Source: the human T2T-CHM13v2.0 reference genome, Homo sapiens. Taken from it: a stretch of DNA of 64,000 nucleotides. The translations under genes were made by a program, and so were the position numbers. How positions within the stretch are numbered: the first letter of the stretch is position 1; each line of letters opens with the position of its first letter. The stretch lies in assembly GCF_009914755.1 (NCBI RefSeq), contig NC_060938.1; one strand, written 5' to 3'. Below are positions 11,947 to 26,900 of this stretch, piece after piece. The notes under the pieces are model-generated. The model had not been told where the DNA came from. It was given only the letters and a program-made list of their open reading frames with translations, and ran no database searches.

Positions 11947-14900
11947 TCTCACCATAGACCTGAAAGCTGTCCTAATGTTCACTTCCAGTTACTACAGAGT
12001 GTTTCAAAACTGCTGTACGAAAGGGAATGTTCAACTCTGTGACTTGAATGCACACATCACAAAGAAGTTTCTGAGGATGCTGCTGTCTACTTTTTATACT
12101 TAATCCCGTTTCCAACGAAATCCTCCAAGCTATCCAAATATCCACTTGCAGATTCCACAGAAAGACTGTTTCAAAACTGCTCTGTCAATAGAAAGGTTCA
12201 ACTCTGTTAGCTGCGTGCATATATCCCAAAGCAGATTCTGAGATTGCTTCTGTCTAGTTTTTATGGGAAGATATTTCCCTTTTCACCGTAGGCGTCAAGG
12301 CGCTCCAAATGTCCACTTCCAGATACTACAAAAAGAGTGTTTCAAACCTACTCTGTGAAAGGGAATATTCAACTCTGTGACTTGAATGCACATATCACAA
12401 GGAAGTTTCTGAGAATGCTTCTGTCGAGATTTTATATGAAGATATTCCCGTTTCCAACGAAATCCTGAAATCTATCCAAATATCCCCTCGCAGATTCTAC
12501 AAAAAGAGTGTTTCAAAACTGCTCTTTAAAAAGAAAGGTTCAACTCTGTTAGTTGAGTACACACATCACAAACAAGTTTCACAGAATGCTTCTTTCTAGC
12601 TTGTAGGGGAAGATATTCCCTTTATCACCATGGGCCTCAAACCGTCCGATAAGTCCACTTCCATATACTACAAAAAGAGCGTTTCAAACCTGCTCTATGA
12701 AAGGCAACGTTCAACTCTGTGACTTGAATGCAGACATCACAGAGCAGTTTCTGAGAATGCTTCTGTCTAGATTTTATAGGAAGATATTCCCGTTTCCAAC
12801 GAAATCTTCACAGCTATCCAAATATCCACTTGCAGATTCTACAAAAAGAGTGTATCAAAACTGCTCTGTCAAAAGGAAGGTTCTTCTCTGTTAGGTGAGT
12901 GCATACGTCATAAAGGAGTTTCTGAGAATGTTTCTGTCTAGTGGTTATGGGAAGATATTTGCTTTTTCCCCGTAGGCCTCAGGGCGCTCCAAATGTCCAC
13001 TTGCACATGCTACAAAAAGAGTGCTTCAAAGCTGCTCTCTGAAAGGGAATGTTCAACTCTATGAGTTGAATGCAAACATCGCAAAGACGTTTCTGAGAAT
13101 GCTTCTGTCTAGATTTGATATGAAGATATTCCCGTTTCCAACGAAATCTTCAAATCTATCCAAATGTCCACTTGCAGATTCAACAAAAAGTGTTTTTCAG
13201 AACTGCTCTATCAAAAGAAAGATCCACCTCTGTTAGCTGAGTTCAGACATCACAAACAAGTTTATGAGAATGCTTCTGTCTAGTTTTTATTTGAAGATAT
13301 TTCCTTTCTCACCATAGACCTGAAAGCTGTCCTAATGTTCACTTCCAGTTACTACAGAAAGAGTATTTCAAAACTGCTGTACGAAAGGGAATGTTCAACT
13401 CTGTGACTTGAATGCACACATCACAAAGAAGTTTCTGAGGATGCTGCTGTCTACTTTTTATACTTAATCCCGTTTCCAACGAAATCCTCCAAGCTATCCA
13501 AATATCCACTTGCAGATTCCACAGAAAGACTGTTTCAAAACTGCTCTGTCAATAGAAAGGTTCAACTCTGTTAGCTGCGTGCATATATCCCAAAGCAGAT
13601 TCTGAGATTGCTTCTGTCTAGTTTTTATGGGAAGATATTTCCCTTTTCACCGTAGGCGTCAAGGCGCTCCAAATGTCCACTTCCAGATACTACAAAAAGA
13701 GTGTTTCAAACCTACTCTGTGAAAGGGAATATTCAACTCTGTGACTTGAATGCACATATCACAAGGAAGTTTCTGAGAATGCTTCTGTCGAGATTTTATA
13801 TGAAGATATTCCCGTTTCCAACGAAATCCTGAAATCTATCCAAATATCCCCTCGCAGATTCTACAAAAAGAGTGTTTCAAAACTGCTCTTTAAAAAGAAA
13901 GGTTCAACTCTGTTAGTTGAGTACACACATCACAAACAAGTTTCACAGAATGCTTCTTTCTAGCTTGTAGGGGAAGATATTCCCTTTATCACCATGGGCC
14001 TCAAACCGTCCGATAAGTCCACTTCCATATACTACAAAAAGAGCGTTTCAAACCTGCTCTATGAAAGGCAACGTTCAACTCTGTGACTTGAATGCAGACA
14101 TCACAGAGCAGTTTCTGAGAATGCTTCTGTCTAGATTTTATAGGAAGATATTCCCGTTTCCAACGAAATCTTCACAGCTATCCAAATATCCACTTGCAGA
14201 TTCTACAAAAAGAGTGTATCAAAACTGCTCTGTCAAAAGGAAGGTTCTTCTCTGTTAGGTGAGTGCATACGTCATAAAGGAGTTTCTGAGAATGTTTCTG
14301 TCTAGTGGTTATGGGAAGATATTTGCTTTTTCCCCGTAGGCCTCAGGGCGCTCCAAATGTCCACTTGCACATGCTACAAAAAGAGTGCTTCAAAGCTGCT
14401 CTCTGAAAGGGAATGTTCAACTCTATGAGTTGAATGCAAACATCACAAAGACGTTTCTGAGAATGCTTCTGTCTAGATTTGATATGAAGATATTCCCGTT
14501 TCCAACGAAATCTTCAAATCTATCCAAATGTCCACTTGCAGATTCAACAAAAAGTGTTTTTCAGAACTGCTCTATCAAAAGAAAGATCCACCTCTGTTAG
14601 CTGAGTTCAGACATCACAAACAAGTTTATGAGAATGCTTCTGTCTAGTTTTTATTTGAAGATATTTCCTTTCTCACCATAGACCTGAAAGCTGTCCTAAT
14701 GTTCACTTCCAGTTACTACAGAAAGAGTATTTCAAAACTGCTGTACGAAAGGGAATGTTCAACTCTGTGACTTGAATGCACACATCACAAAGAAGTTTCT
14801 GAGGATGCTGCTGTCTACTTTTTATACTTAATCCCGTTTCCAACGAAATCCTCCAAGCTATCCAAATATCCACTTGCAGATTCCACAGAAAGACTGTTTC

Positions 14901-17900
14901 AAAACTGCTCTGTCAATAGAAAGGTTCAACTCTGTTAGCTGCGTGCATATATCCCAAAGCAGATTCTGAGATTGCTTCTGTCTAGTTTTTATGGGAAGAT
15001 ATTTCCCTTTTCACCGTAGGCGTCAAGGCGCTCCAAATGTCCACTTCCAGATACTACAAAAAGAGTGTTTCAAACCTACTCTGTGAAAGGGAATATTCAA
15101 CTCTGTGACTTGAATGCACATATCACAAGGAAGTTTCTGAGAATGCTTCTGTCGAGATTTTATATGAAGATATTCCCGTTTCCAACGAAATCCTGAAATC
15201 TATCCAAATATCCCCTCGCAGATTCTACAAAAAGAGTGTTTCAAAACTGCTCTTTAAAAAGAAAGGTTCAACTCTGTTAGTTGAGTACACACATCACAAA
15301 CAAGTTTCACAGAATGCTTCTTTCTAGCTTGTAGGGGAAGATATTCCCTTTATCACCATGGGCCTCAAACCGTCCGATAAGTCCACTTCCATATACTACA
15401 AAAAGAGCGTTTCAAACCTGCTCTATGAAAGGCAACGTTCAACTCTGTGACTTGAATGCAGACATCACAGAGCAGTTTCTGAGAATGCTTCTGTCTAGAT
15501 TTTATAGGAAGATATTCCCGTTTCCAACGAAATCTTCACAGCTATCCAAATATCCACTTGCAGATTCTACAAAAAGAGTGTATCAAAACTGCTCTGTCAA
15601 AAGGAAGGTTCTTCTCTGTTAGGTGAGTGCATACGTCATAAAGGAGTTTCTGAGAATGTTTCTGTCTAGTGGTTATGGGAAGATATTTGCTTTTTCCCCG
15701 TAGGCCTCAGGGCGCTCCAAATGTCCACTTGCACATGCTACAAAAAGAGTGCTTCAAAGCTGCTCTCTGAAAGGGAATGTTCAACTCTATGAGTTGAATG
15801 CAAACATCACAAAGACGTTTCTGAGAATGCTTCTGTCTAGATTTGATATGAAGATATTCCCGTTTCCAACGAAATCTTCAAATCTATCCAAATGTCCACT
15901 TGCAGATTCAACAAAAAGTGTTTTTCAGAACTGCTCTATCAAAAGAAAGATCCACCTCTGTTAGCTGAGTTCAGACATCACAAACAAGTTTATGAGAATG
16001 CTTCTGTCTAGTTTTTATTTGAAGATATTTCCTTTCTCACCATAGACCTGAAAGCTGTCCTAATGTTCACTTCCAGTTACTACAGAAAGAGTGTTTCAAA
16101 ACTGCTGTACGAAAGGGAATGTTCAACTCTGTGACTTGAATGCACACATCACAAAGAAGTTTCTGAGGATGCTGCTGTCTACTTTTTATACTTAATCCCG
16201 TTTCCAACGAAATCCTCCAAGCTATCCAAATATCCACTTGCAGATTCCACAGAAAGACTGTTTCAAAACTGCTCTGTCAATAGAAAGGTTCAACTCTGTT
16301 AGCTGCGTGCATATATCCCAAAGAAGATTCTGAGATTGCTTCTGTCTAGTTTTTATGGGAAGATATTTCCCTTTTCACCGTAGGCGTCAAGGCGCTCCAA
16401 ATGTCCACTTCCAGATACTACAAAAAGAGTGTTTCAAACCTACTCTGTGAAAGGGAATATTCAACTCTGTGACTTGAATGCACATATCACAAGGAAGTTT
16501 CTGAGAATGCTTCTGTCGAGATTTTATATGAAGATATTCCCGTTTCCAACGAAATCCTGAAATCTATCCAAATATCCCCTCGCAGATTCTACAAAAAGAG
16601 TGTTTCAAAACTGCTCTGTAAAAAGAAAGGTTCAACTCTGTTAGTTGAGTACACACATCACAAACAAGTTTCACAGAATGCTTCTTTCTAGCTTGTAGGG
16701 GAAGATATTCCCTTTATCACCATGGGCCTCAAACCGTCCGATAAGTCCACTTCCATATACTACAAAAAGAGCGTTTCAAACCTGCTCTATGAAAGGCAAT
16801 GTTCAACTCTGTGACTTGAATGCAGACATCACAGAGCAGTTTCTGAGAATGCTTCTGTCTAGATTTTATAGGAAGATATTCCCGTTTCCAACGAAATCTT
16901 CACAGCTATCCAAATATCCACTTGCAGATTCTACAAAAAGAGTGTATCAAAACTGCTCTGTCAAAAGGAAGGTTCTTTTCTGTTAGGTGAGTGCATACGT
17001 CATAAAGGAGTTTCTGAGAATGTTTCTGTCTAGTGGTTATGGGAAGATATTTGCTTTTTCACCGTAGGCCTCAGAGCGCTCCAAATATCCACTTGCACAT
17101 ACTACAAAAAGAGTGCCTCAAAGCTGCTCTCTGAAACGGAATGTGCAACTCTATGAGTTGAATGCAAACATCGCAAAGACGTTTCTGAGAATGCTTCTGT
17201 CTAGATTTGATATGAAGATATTCCCGTTTCCAACGAAATCTTCAAATCTATCCAAATGTCCACTTGCAGATTCAACAAAAAGTGTTTTTCAGAACTGCTC
17301 TATCAAAAGAAAGATCCACCTCTGTTAGCTGAGTTCACACATCACAAACAAGTTTATGAGAATGCTTCTGTCTAGTTTTTATTTGAAGATATTTCCTTTC
17401 TCACCATAGAGCTGAAAGCTGTCCTAATGTTCACTTCCAGATACTACAGAAAGAGTGTTTCAAAACTGCTGTACGAAAGGGAATGTTCAACTCTGTGACT
17501 TGAATGCACACATCACAAAGAAGTTTCTGAGGATGCTGCTGTCTACTTTTTATACGTAATCCCGTTTCCAACGAAATCCTCCAAGCTATCCAAATATCCA
17601 CTTGCAGATTCCACAGAAAGACTGTTTCAAAACTGCTCTGTCAATAGAAAGGTTCAACTCTGTTAGCTGCGTGCATATATCCCAAAGAAGATTCTGAGAT
17701 TGCTTCTGTCTAGTTTTTATGGGAAGAGATTTCCCTTTTCACCGTAGGTGTCAAGGCGCTCCAAATGTCCACTTCCAGATACTACAAAAAGAGTGTTTCA
17801 AACCTACTCTGTGAAAGGGAATATTCAACTCTGTGACTCGAATGCACATATCACAAAGAAGTTTCTGAGAATGCTTCTGTCGAGATTTTATATGAAGATA

Positions 17901-20900
17901 TTCCCGTTTCCAACGAAATCCTGAAATCTATCCAAATATCCCCTCGCAGATTCTACAAAAAGAGTGTTTCAAAACTGCTCTGTAAAAAGAAAGGTTCAAC
18001 TCTGTTAGTTGAGTACACACATCACAAACAAGTTTCACAGAATGCTTCTTTCTAGCTTGTAGGGGAAGATATTCCCTTTATCACCATGGGCCTCAAACCG
18101 TCCGATAAGTCCACTTCCATATACTACAAAAAGAGCGTTTCAAACCTGCTCTATGAAAGGCAATGTTCAACTCTGTGACTTGAATGCAGACATCACAGAG
18201 CAGTTTCTGAGAATGCTTCTGTCTAGATTTTATAGGAAGATATTCCCGTTTCCAACGAAATCTTCACAGCTATCCAAATATCCACTTGCAGATTCTACAA
18301 AAAGAGTGTATCAAAACTGCTCTGTCAAAAGGAAGGTTCTTCTCTGTTAGGTGAGTGCATACGTCATAAAGGAGTTTCTGAGAATGTTTCTGTCTAGTGG
18401 TTATGGGAAGATATTTGCTTTTTCCCCGTAGGCCTCAGGGCGCTCCAAATGTCCACTTGCACATGCTACAAAAAGAGTGCTTCAAAGCTGCTCTCTGAAA
18501 GGGAATGTTCAACTCTATGAGTTGAATGCAAACATCGCAAAGACGTTTCTGAGAATGCTTCTGTCTAGATTTGATATGAAGATATTCCCGTTTCCAACGA
18601 AATCTTCAAATCTATCCAAATGTCCACTTGCAGATTCAACAAAAAGTGTTTTTCAGAACTGCTCTATCAAAAGAAAGATCCACCTCTGTTAGCTGAGTTC
18701 AGACATCACAAACAAGTTTATGAGAATGCTTCTGTCTAGTTTTTATTTGAAGATATTTCCTTTCTCACCATAGACCTGAAAGCTGTCCTAATGTTCACTT
18801 CCAGTTACTACAGAAAGAGTATTTCAAAACTGCTGTACGAAAGGGAATGTTCAACTCTGTGACTTGAATGCACACATCACAAAGAAGTTTCTGAGGATGC
18901 TGCTGTCTACTTTTTATACTTAATCCCGTTTCCAACGAAATCCTCCAAGCTATCCAAATATCCACTTGCAGATTCCACAGAAAGACTGTTTCAAAACTGC
19001 TCTGTCAATAGAAAGGTTCAACTCTGTTAGCTGCGTGCATATATCCCAAAGCAGATTCTGAGATTGCTTCTGTCTAGTTTTTATGGGAAGATATTTCCCT
19101 TTTCACCGTAGGCGTCAAGGCGCTCCAAATGTCCACTTCCAGATACTACAAAAAGAGTGTTTCAAACCTACTCTGTGAAAGGGAATATTCAACTCTGTGA
19201 CTTGAATGCACATATCACAAGGAAGTTTCTGAGAATGCTTCTGTCGAGATTTTATATGAAGATATTCCCGTTTCCAACGAAATCCTGAAATCTATCCAAA
19301 TATCCCCTCGCAGATTCTACAAAAAGAGTGTTTCAAAACTGCTCTTTAAAAAGAAAGGTTCAACTCTGTTAGTTGAGTACACACATCACAAACAAGTTTC
19401 ACAGAATGCTTCTTTCTAGCTTGTAGGGGAAGATATTCCCTTTATCACCATGGGCCTCAAACCGTCCGATAAGTCCACTTCCATATACTACAAAAAGAGC
19501 GTTTCAAACCTGCTCTATGAAAGGCAACGTTCAACTCTGTGACTTGAATGCAGACATCACAGAGCAGTTTCTGAGAATGCTTCTGTCTAGATTTTATAGG
19601 AAGATATTCCCGTTTCCAACGAAATCTTCACAGCTATCCAAATATCCACTTGCAGATTCTACAAAAAGAGTGTATCAAAACTGCTCTGTCAAAAGGAAGG
19701 TTCTTCTCTGTTAGGTGAGTGCATACGTCATAAAGGAGTTTCTGAGAATGTTTCTGTCTAGTGGTTATGGGAAGATATTTGCTTTTTCCCCGTAGGCCTC
19801 AGGGCGCTCCAAATGTCCACTTGCACATGCTACAAAAAGAGTGCTTCAAAGCTGCTCTCTGAAAGGGAATGTTCAACTCTATGAGTTGAATGCAAACATC
19901 ACAAAGACGTTTCTGAGAATGCTTCTGTCTAGATTTGATATGAAGATATTCCCGTTTCCAACGAAATCTTCAAATCTATCCAAATGTCCACTTGCAGATT
20001 CAACAAAAAGTGTTTTTCAGAACTGCTCTATCAAAAGAAAGATCCACCTCTGTTAGCTGAGTTCAGACATCACAAACAAGTTTATGAGAATGCTTCTGTC
20101 TAGTTTTTATTTGAAGATATTTCCTTTCTCACCATAGACCTGAAAGCTGTCCTAATGTTCACTTCCAGTTACTACAGAGTGTTTCAAAACTGCTGTACGA
20201 AAGGGAATGTTCAACTCTGTGACTTGAATGCACACATCACAAAGAAGTTTCTGAGGATGCTGCTGTCTACTTTTTATACTTAATCCCGTTTCCAACGAAA
20301 TCCTCCAAGCTATCCAAATATCCACTTGCAGATTCCACAGAAAGACTGTTTCAAAACTGCTCTGTCAATAGAAAGGTTCAACTCTGTTAGCTGCGTGCAT
20401 ATATCCCAAAGCAGATTCTGAGATTGCTTCTGTCTAGTTTTTATGGGAAGATATTTCCCTTTTCACCGTAGGCGTCAAGGCGCTCCAAATGTCCACTTCC
20501 AGATACTACAAAAAGAGTGTTTCAAACCTACTCTGTGAAAGGGAATATTCAACTCTGTGACTTGAATGCACATATCACAAGGAAGTTTCTGAGAATGCTT
20601 CTGTCGAGATTTTATATGAAGATATTCCCGTTTCCAACGAAATCCTGAAATCTATCCAAATATCCCCTCGCAGATTCTACAAAAAGAGTGTTTCAAAACT
20701 GCTCTTTAAAAAGAAAGGTTCAACTCTGTTAGTTGAGTACACACATCACAAACAAGTTTCACAGAATGCTTCTTTCTAGCTTGTAGGGGAAGATATTCCC
20801 TTTATCACCATGGGCCTCAAACCGTCCGATAAGTCCACTTCCATATACTACAAAAAGAGCGTTTCAAACCTGCTCTATGAAAGGCAACGTTCAACTCTGT

Positions 20901-23900
20901 GACTTGAATGCAGACATCACAGAGCAGTTTCTGAGAATGCTTCTGTCTAGATTTTATAGGAAGATATTCCCGTTTCCAACGAAATCTTCACAGCTATCCA
21001 AATATCCACTTGCAGATTCTACAAAAAGAGTGTATCAAAACTGCTCTGTCAAAAGGAAGGTTCTTCTCTGTTAGGTGAGTGCATACGTCATAAAGGAGTT
21101 TCTGAGAATGTTTCTGTCTAGTGGTTATGGGAAGATATTTGCTTTTTCCCCGTAGGCCTCAGGGCGCTCCAAATGTCCACTTGCACATGCTACAAAAAGA
21201 GTGCTTCAAAGCTGCTCTCTGAAAGGGAATGTTCAACTCTATGAGTTGAATGCAAACATCACAAAGACGTTTCTGAGAATGCTTCTGTCTAGATTTGATA
21301 TGAAGATATTCCCGTTTCCAACGAAATCTTCAAATCTATCCAAATGTCCACTTGCAGATTCAACAAAAAGTGTTTTTCAGAACTGCTCTATCAAAAGAAA
21401 GATCCACCTCTGTTAGCTGAGTTCAGACATCACAAACAAGTTTATGAGAATGCTTCTGTCTAGTTTTTATTTGAAGATATTTCCTTTCTCACCATAGACC
21501 TGAAAGCTGTCCTAATGTTCACTTCCAGTTACTACAGAAAGAGTATTTCAAAACTGCTGTACGAAAGGGAATGTTCAACTCTGTGACTTGAATGCACACA
21601 TCACAAAGAAGTTTCTGAGGATGCTGCTGTCTACTTTTTATACTTAATCCCGTTTCCAACGAAATCCTCCAAGCTATCCAAATATCCACTTGCAGATTCC
21701 ACAGAAAGACTGTTTCAAAACTGCTCTGTCAATAGAAAGGTTCAACTCTGTTAGCTGCGTGCATATATCCCAAAGCAGATTCTGAGATTGCTTCTGTCTA
21801 GTTTTTATGGGAAGATATTTCCCTTTTCACCGTAGGCGTCAAGGCGCTCCAAATGTCCACTTCCAGATACTACAAAAAGAGTGTTTCAAACCTACTCTGT
21901 GAAAGGGAATATTCAACTCTGTGACTTGAATGCACATATCACAAGGAAGTTTCTGAGAATGCTTCTGTCGAGATTTTATATGAAGATATTCCCGTTTCCA
22001 ACGAAATCCTGAAATCTATCCAAATATCCCCTCGCAGATTCTACAAAAAGAGTGTTTCAAAACTGCTCTTTAAAAAGAAAGGTTCAACTCTGTTAGTTGA
22101 GTACACACATCACAAACAAGTTTCACAGAATGCTTCTTTCTAGCTTGTAGGGGAAGATATTCCCTTTATCACCATGGGCCTCAAACCGTCCGATAAGTCC
22201 ACTTCCATATACTACAAAAAGAGCGTTTCAAACCTGCTCTATGAAAGGCAACGTTCAACTCTGTGACTTGAATGCAGACATCACAGAGCAGTTTCTGAGA
22301 ATGCTTCTGTCTAGATTTTATAGGAAGATATTCCCGTTTCCAACGAAATCTTCACAGCTATCCAAATATCCACTTGCAGATTCTACAAAAAGAGTGTATC
22401 AAAACTGCTCTGTCAAAAGGAAGGTTCTTCTCTGTTAGGTGAGTGCATACGTCATAAAGGAGTTTCTGAGAATGTTTCTGTCTAGTGGTTATGGGAAGAT
22501 ATTTGCTTTTTCCCCGTAGGCCTCAGGGCGCTCCAAATGTCCACTTGCACATGCTACAAAAAGAGTGCTTCAAAGCTGCTCTCTGAAAGGGAATGTTCAA
22601 CTCTATGAGTTGAATGCAAACATCACAAAGACGTTTCTGAGAATGCTTCTGTCTAGATTTGATATGAAGATATTCCCGTTTCCAACGAAATCTTCAAATC
22701 TATCCAAATGTCCACTTGCAGATTCAACAAAAAGTGTTTTTCAGAACTGCTCTATCAAAAGAAAGATCCACCTCTGTTAGCTGAGTTCAGACATCACAAA
22801 CAAGTTTATGAGAATGCTTCTGTCTAGTTTTTATTTGAAGATATTTCCTTTCTCACCATAGACCTGAAAGCTGTCCTAATGTTCACTTCCAGTTACTACA
22901 GAGTGTTTCAAAACTGCTGTACGAAAGGGAATGTTCAACTCTGTGACTTGAATGCACACATCACAAAGAAGTTTCTGAGGATGCTGCTGTCTACTTTTTA
23001 TACTTAATCCCGTTTCCAACGAAATCCTCCAAGCTATCCAAATATCCACTTGCAGATTCCACAGAAAGACTGTTTCAAAACTGCTCTGTCAATAGAAAGG
23101 TTCAACTCTGTTAGCTGCGTGCATATATCCCAAAGCAGATTCTGAGATTGCTTCTGTCTAGTTTTTATGGGAAGATATTTCCCTTTTCACCGTAGGCGTC
23201 AAGGCGCTCCAAATGTCCACTTCCAGATACTACAAAAAGAGTGTTTCAAACCTACTCTGTGAAAGGGAATATTCAACTCTGTGACTTGAATGCACATATC
23301 ACAAGGAAGTTTCTGAGAATGCTTCTGTCGAGATTTTATATGAAGATATTCCCGTTTCCAACGAAATCCTGAAATCTATCCAAATATCCCCTCGCAGATT
23401 CTACAAAAAGAGTGTTTCAAAACTGCTCTTTAAAAAGAAAGGTTCAACTCTGTTAGTTGAGTACACACATCACAAACAAGTTTCACAGAATGCTTCTTTC
23501 TAGCTTGTAGGGGAAGATATTCCCTTTATCACCATGGGCCTCAAACCGTCCGATAAGTCCACTTCCATATACTACAAAAAGAGCGTTTCAAACCTGCTCT
23601 ATGAAAGGCAACGTTCAACTCTGTGACTTGAATGCAGACATCACAGAGCAGTTTCTGAGAATGCTTCTGTCTAGATTTTATAGGAAGATATTCCCGTTTC
23701 CAACGAAATCTTCACAGCTATCCAAATATCCACTTGCAGATTCTACAAAAAGAGTGTATCAAAACTGCTCTGTCAAAAGGAAGGTTCTTCTCTGTTAGGT
23801 GAGTGCATACGTCATAAAGGAGTTTCTGAGAATGTTTCTGTCTAGTGGTTATGGGAAGATATTTGCTTTTTCCCCGTAGGCCTCAGGGCGCTCCAAATGT

Positions 23901-26900
23901 CCACTTGCACATGCTACAAAAAGAGTGCTTCAAAGCTGCTCTCTGAAAGGGAATGTTCAACTCTATGAGTTGAATGCAAACATCACAAAGACGTTTCTGA
24001 GAATGCTTCTGTCTAGATTTGATATGAAGATATTCCCGTTTCCAACGAAATCTTCAAATCTATCCAAATGTCCACTTGCAGATTCAACAAAAAGTGTTTT
24101 TCAGAACTGCTCTATCAAAAGAAAGATCCACCTCTGTTAGCTGAGTTCAGACATCACAAACAAGTTTATGAGAATGCTTCTGTCTAGTTTTTATTTGAAG
24201 ATATTTCCTTTCTCACCATAGACCTGAAAGCTGTCCTAATGTTCACTTCCAGTTACTACAGAAAGAGTATTTCAAAACTGCTGTACGAAAGGGAATGTTC
24301 AACTCTGTGACTTGAATGCACACATCACAAAGAAGTTTCTGAGGATGCTGCTGTCTACTTTTTATACTTAATCCCGTTTCCAACGAAATCCTCCAAGCTA
24401 TCCAAATATCCACTTGCAGATTCCACAGAAAGACTGTTTCAAAACTGCTCTGTCAATAGAAAGGTTCAACTCTGTTAGCTGCGTGCATATATCCCAAAGC
24501 AGATTCTGAGATTGCTTCTGTCTAGTTTTTATGGGAAGATATTTCCCTTTTCACCGTAGGCGTCAAGGCGCTCCAAATGTCCACTTCCAGATACTACAAA
24601 AAGAGTGTTTCAAACCTACTCTGTGAAAGGGAATATTCAACTCTGTGACTTGAATGCACATATCACAAGGAAGTTTCTGAGAATGCTTCTGTCGAGATTT
24701 TATATGAAGATATTCCCGTTTCCAACGAAATCCTGAAATCTATCCAAATATCCCCTCGCAGATTCTACAAAAAGAGTGTTTCAAAACTGCTCTTTAAAAA
24801 GAAAGGTTCAACTCTGTTAGTTGAGTACACACATCACAAACAAGTTTCACAGAATGCTTCTTTCTAGCTTGTAGGGGAAGATATTCCCTTTATCACCATG
24901 GGCCTCAAACCGTCCGATAAGTCCACTTCCATATACTACAAAAAGAGCGTTTCAAACCTGCTCTATGAAAGGCAACGTTCAACTCTGTGACTTGAATGCA
25001 GACATCACAGAGCAGTTTCTGAGAATGCTTCTGTCTAGATTTTATAGGAAGATATTCCCGTTTCCAACGAAATCTTCACAGCTATCCAAATATCCACTTG
25101 CAGATTCTACAAAAAGAGTGTATCAAAACTGCTCTGTCAAAAGGAAGGTTCTTCTCTGTTAGGTGAGTGCATACGTCATAAAGGAGTTTCTGAGAATGTT
25201 TCTGTCTAGTGGTTATGGGAAGATATTTGCTTTTTCCCCGTAGGCCTCAGGGCGCTCCAAATGTCCACTTGCACATGCTACAAAAAGAGTGCTTCAAAGC
25301 TGCTCTCTGAAAGGGAATGTTCAACTCTATGAGTTGAATGCAAACATCACAAAGACGTTTCTGAGAATGCTTCTGTCTAGATTTGATATGAAGATATTCC
25401 CGTTTCCAACGAAATCTTCAAATCTATCCAAATGTCCACTTGCAGATTCAACAAAAAGTGTTTTTCAGAACTGCTCTATCAAAAGAAAGATCCACCTCTG
25501 TTAGCTGAGTTCAGACATCACAAACAAGTTTATGAGAATGCTTCTGTCTAGTTTTTATTTGAAGATATTTCCTTTCTCACCATAGACCTGAAAGCTGTCC
25601 TAATGTTCACTTCCAGTTACTACAGAGTGTTTCAAAACTGCTGTACGAAAGGGAATGTTCAACTCTGTGACTTGAATGCACACATCACAAAGAAGTTTCT
25701 GAGGATGCTGCTGTCTACTTTTTATACTTAATCCCGTTTCCAACGAAATCCTCCAAGCTATCCAAATATCCACTTGCAGATTCCACAGAAAGACTGTTTC
25801 AAAACTGCTCTGTCAATAGAAAGGTTCAACTCTGTTAGCTGCGTGCATATATCCCAAAGAAGATTCTGAGATTGCTTCTGTCTAGTTTTTATGGGAAGAT
25901 ATTTCCCTTTTCACCGTAGGCGTCAAGGCGCTCCAAATGTCCACTTCCAGATACTACAAAAAGAGTGTTTCAAACCTACTCTGTGAAAGGGAATATTCAA
26001 CTCTGTGACTTGAATGCACATATCACAAGGAAGTTTCTGAGAATGCTTCTGTCGAGATTTTATATGAAGATATTCCCGTTTCCAACGAAATCCTGAAATC
26101 TATCCAAATATCCCCTCGCAGATTCTACAAAAAGAGTGTTTCAAAACTGCTCTGTAAAAAGAAAGGTTCAACTCTGTTAGTTGAGTACACACATCACAAA
26201 CAAGTTTCACAGAATGCTTCTTTCTAGCTTGTAGGGGAAGATATTCCCTTTATCACCATGGGCCTCAAACCGTCCGATAAGTCCACTTCCATATACTACA
26301 AAAAGAGCGTTTCAAACCTGCTCTATGAAAGGCAACGTTCAACTCTGTGACTTGAATGCAGACATCACAGAGCAGTTTCTGAGAATGCTTCTGTCTAGAT
26401 TTTATAGGAAGATATTCCCGTTTCCAACGAAATCTTCACAGCTATCCAAATATCCACTTGCAGATTCTACAAAAAGAGTGTATCAAAACTGCTCTGTCAA
26501 AAGGAAGGTTCTTCTCTGTTAGGTGAGTGCATACGTCATAAAGGAGTTTCTGAGAATGTTTCTGTCTAGTGGTTATGGGAAGATATTTGCTTTTTCCCCG
26601 TAGGCCTCAGGGCGCTCCAAATGTCCACTTGCACATGCTACAAAAAGAGTGCTTCAAAGCTGCTCTCTGAAAGGGAATGTTCAACTCTATGAGTTGAATG
26701 CAAACATCACAAAGACGTTTCTGAGAATGCTTCTGTCTAGATTTGATATGAAGATATTCCCGTTTCCAACGAAATCTTCAAATCTATCCAAATGTCCACT
26801 TGCAGATTCAACAAAAAGTGTTTTTCAGAACTGCTCTATCAAAAGAAAGATCCACCTCTGTTAGCTGAGTTCAGACATCACAAACAAGTTTATGAGAATG

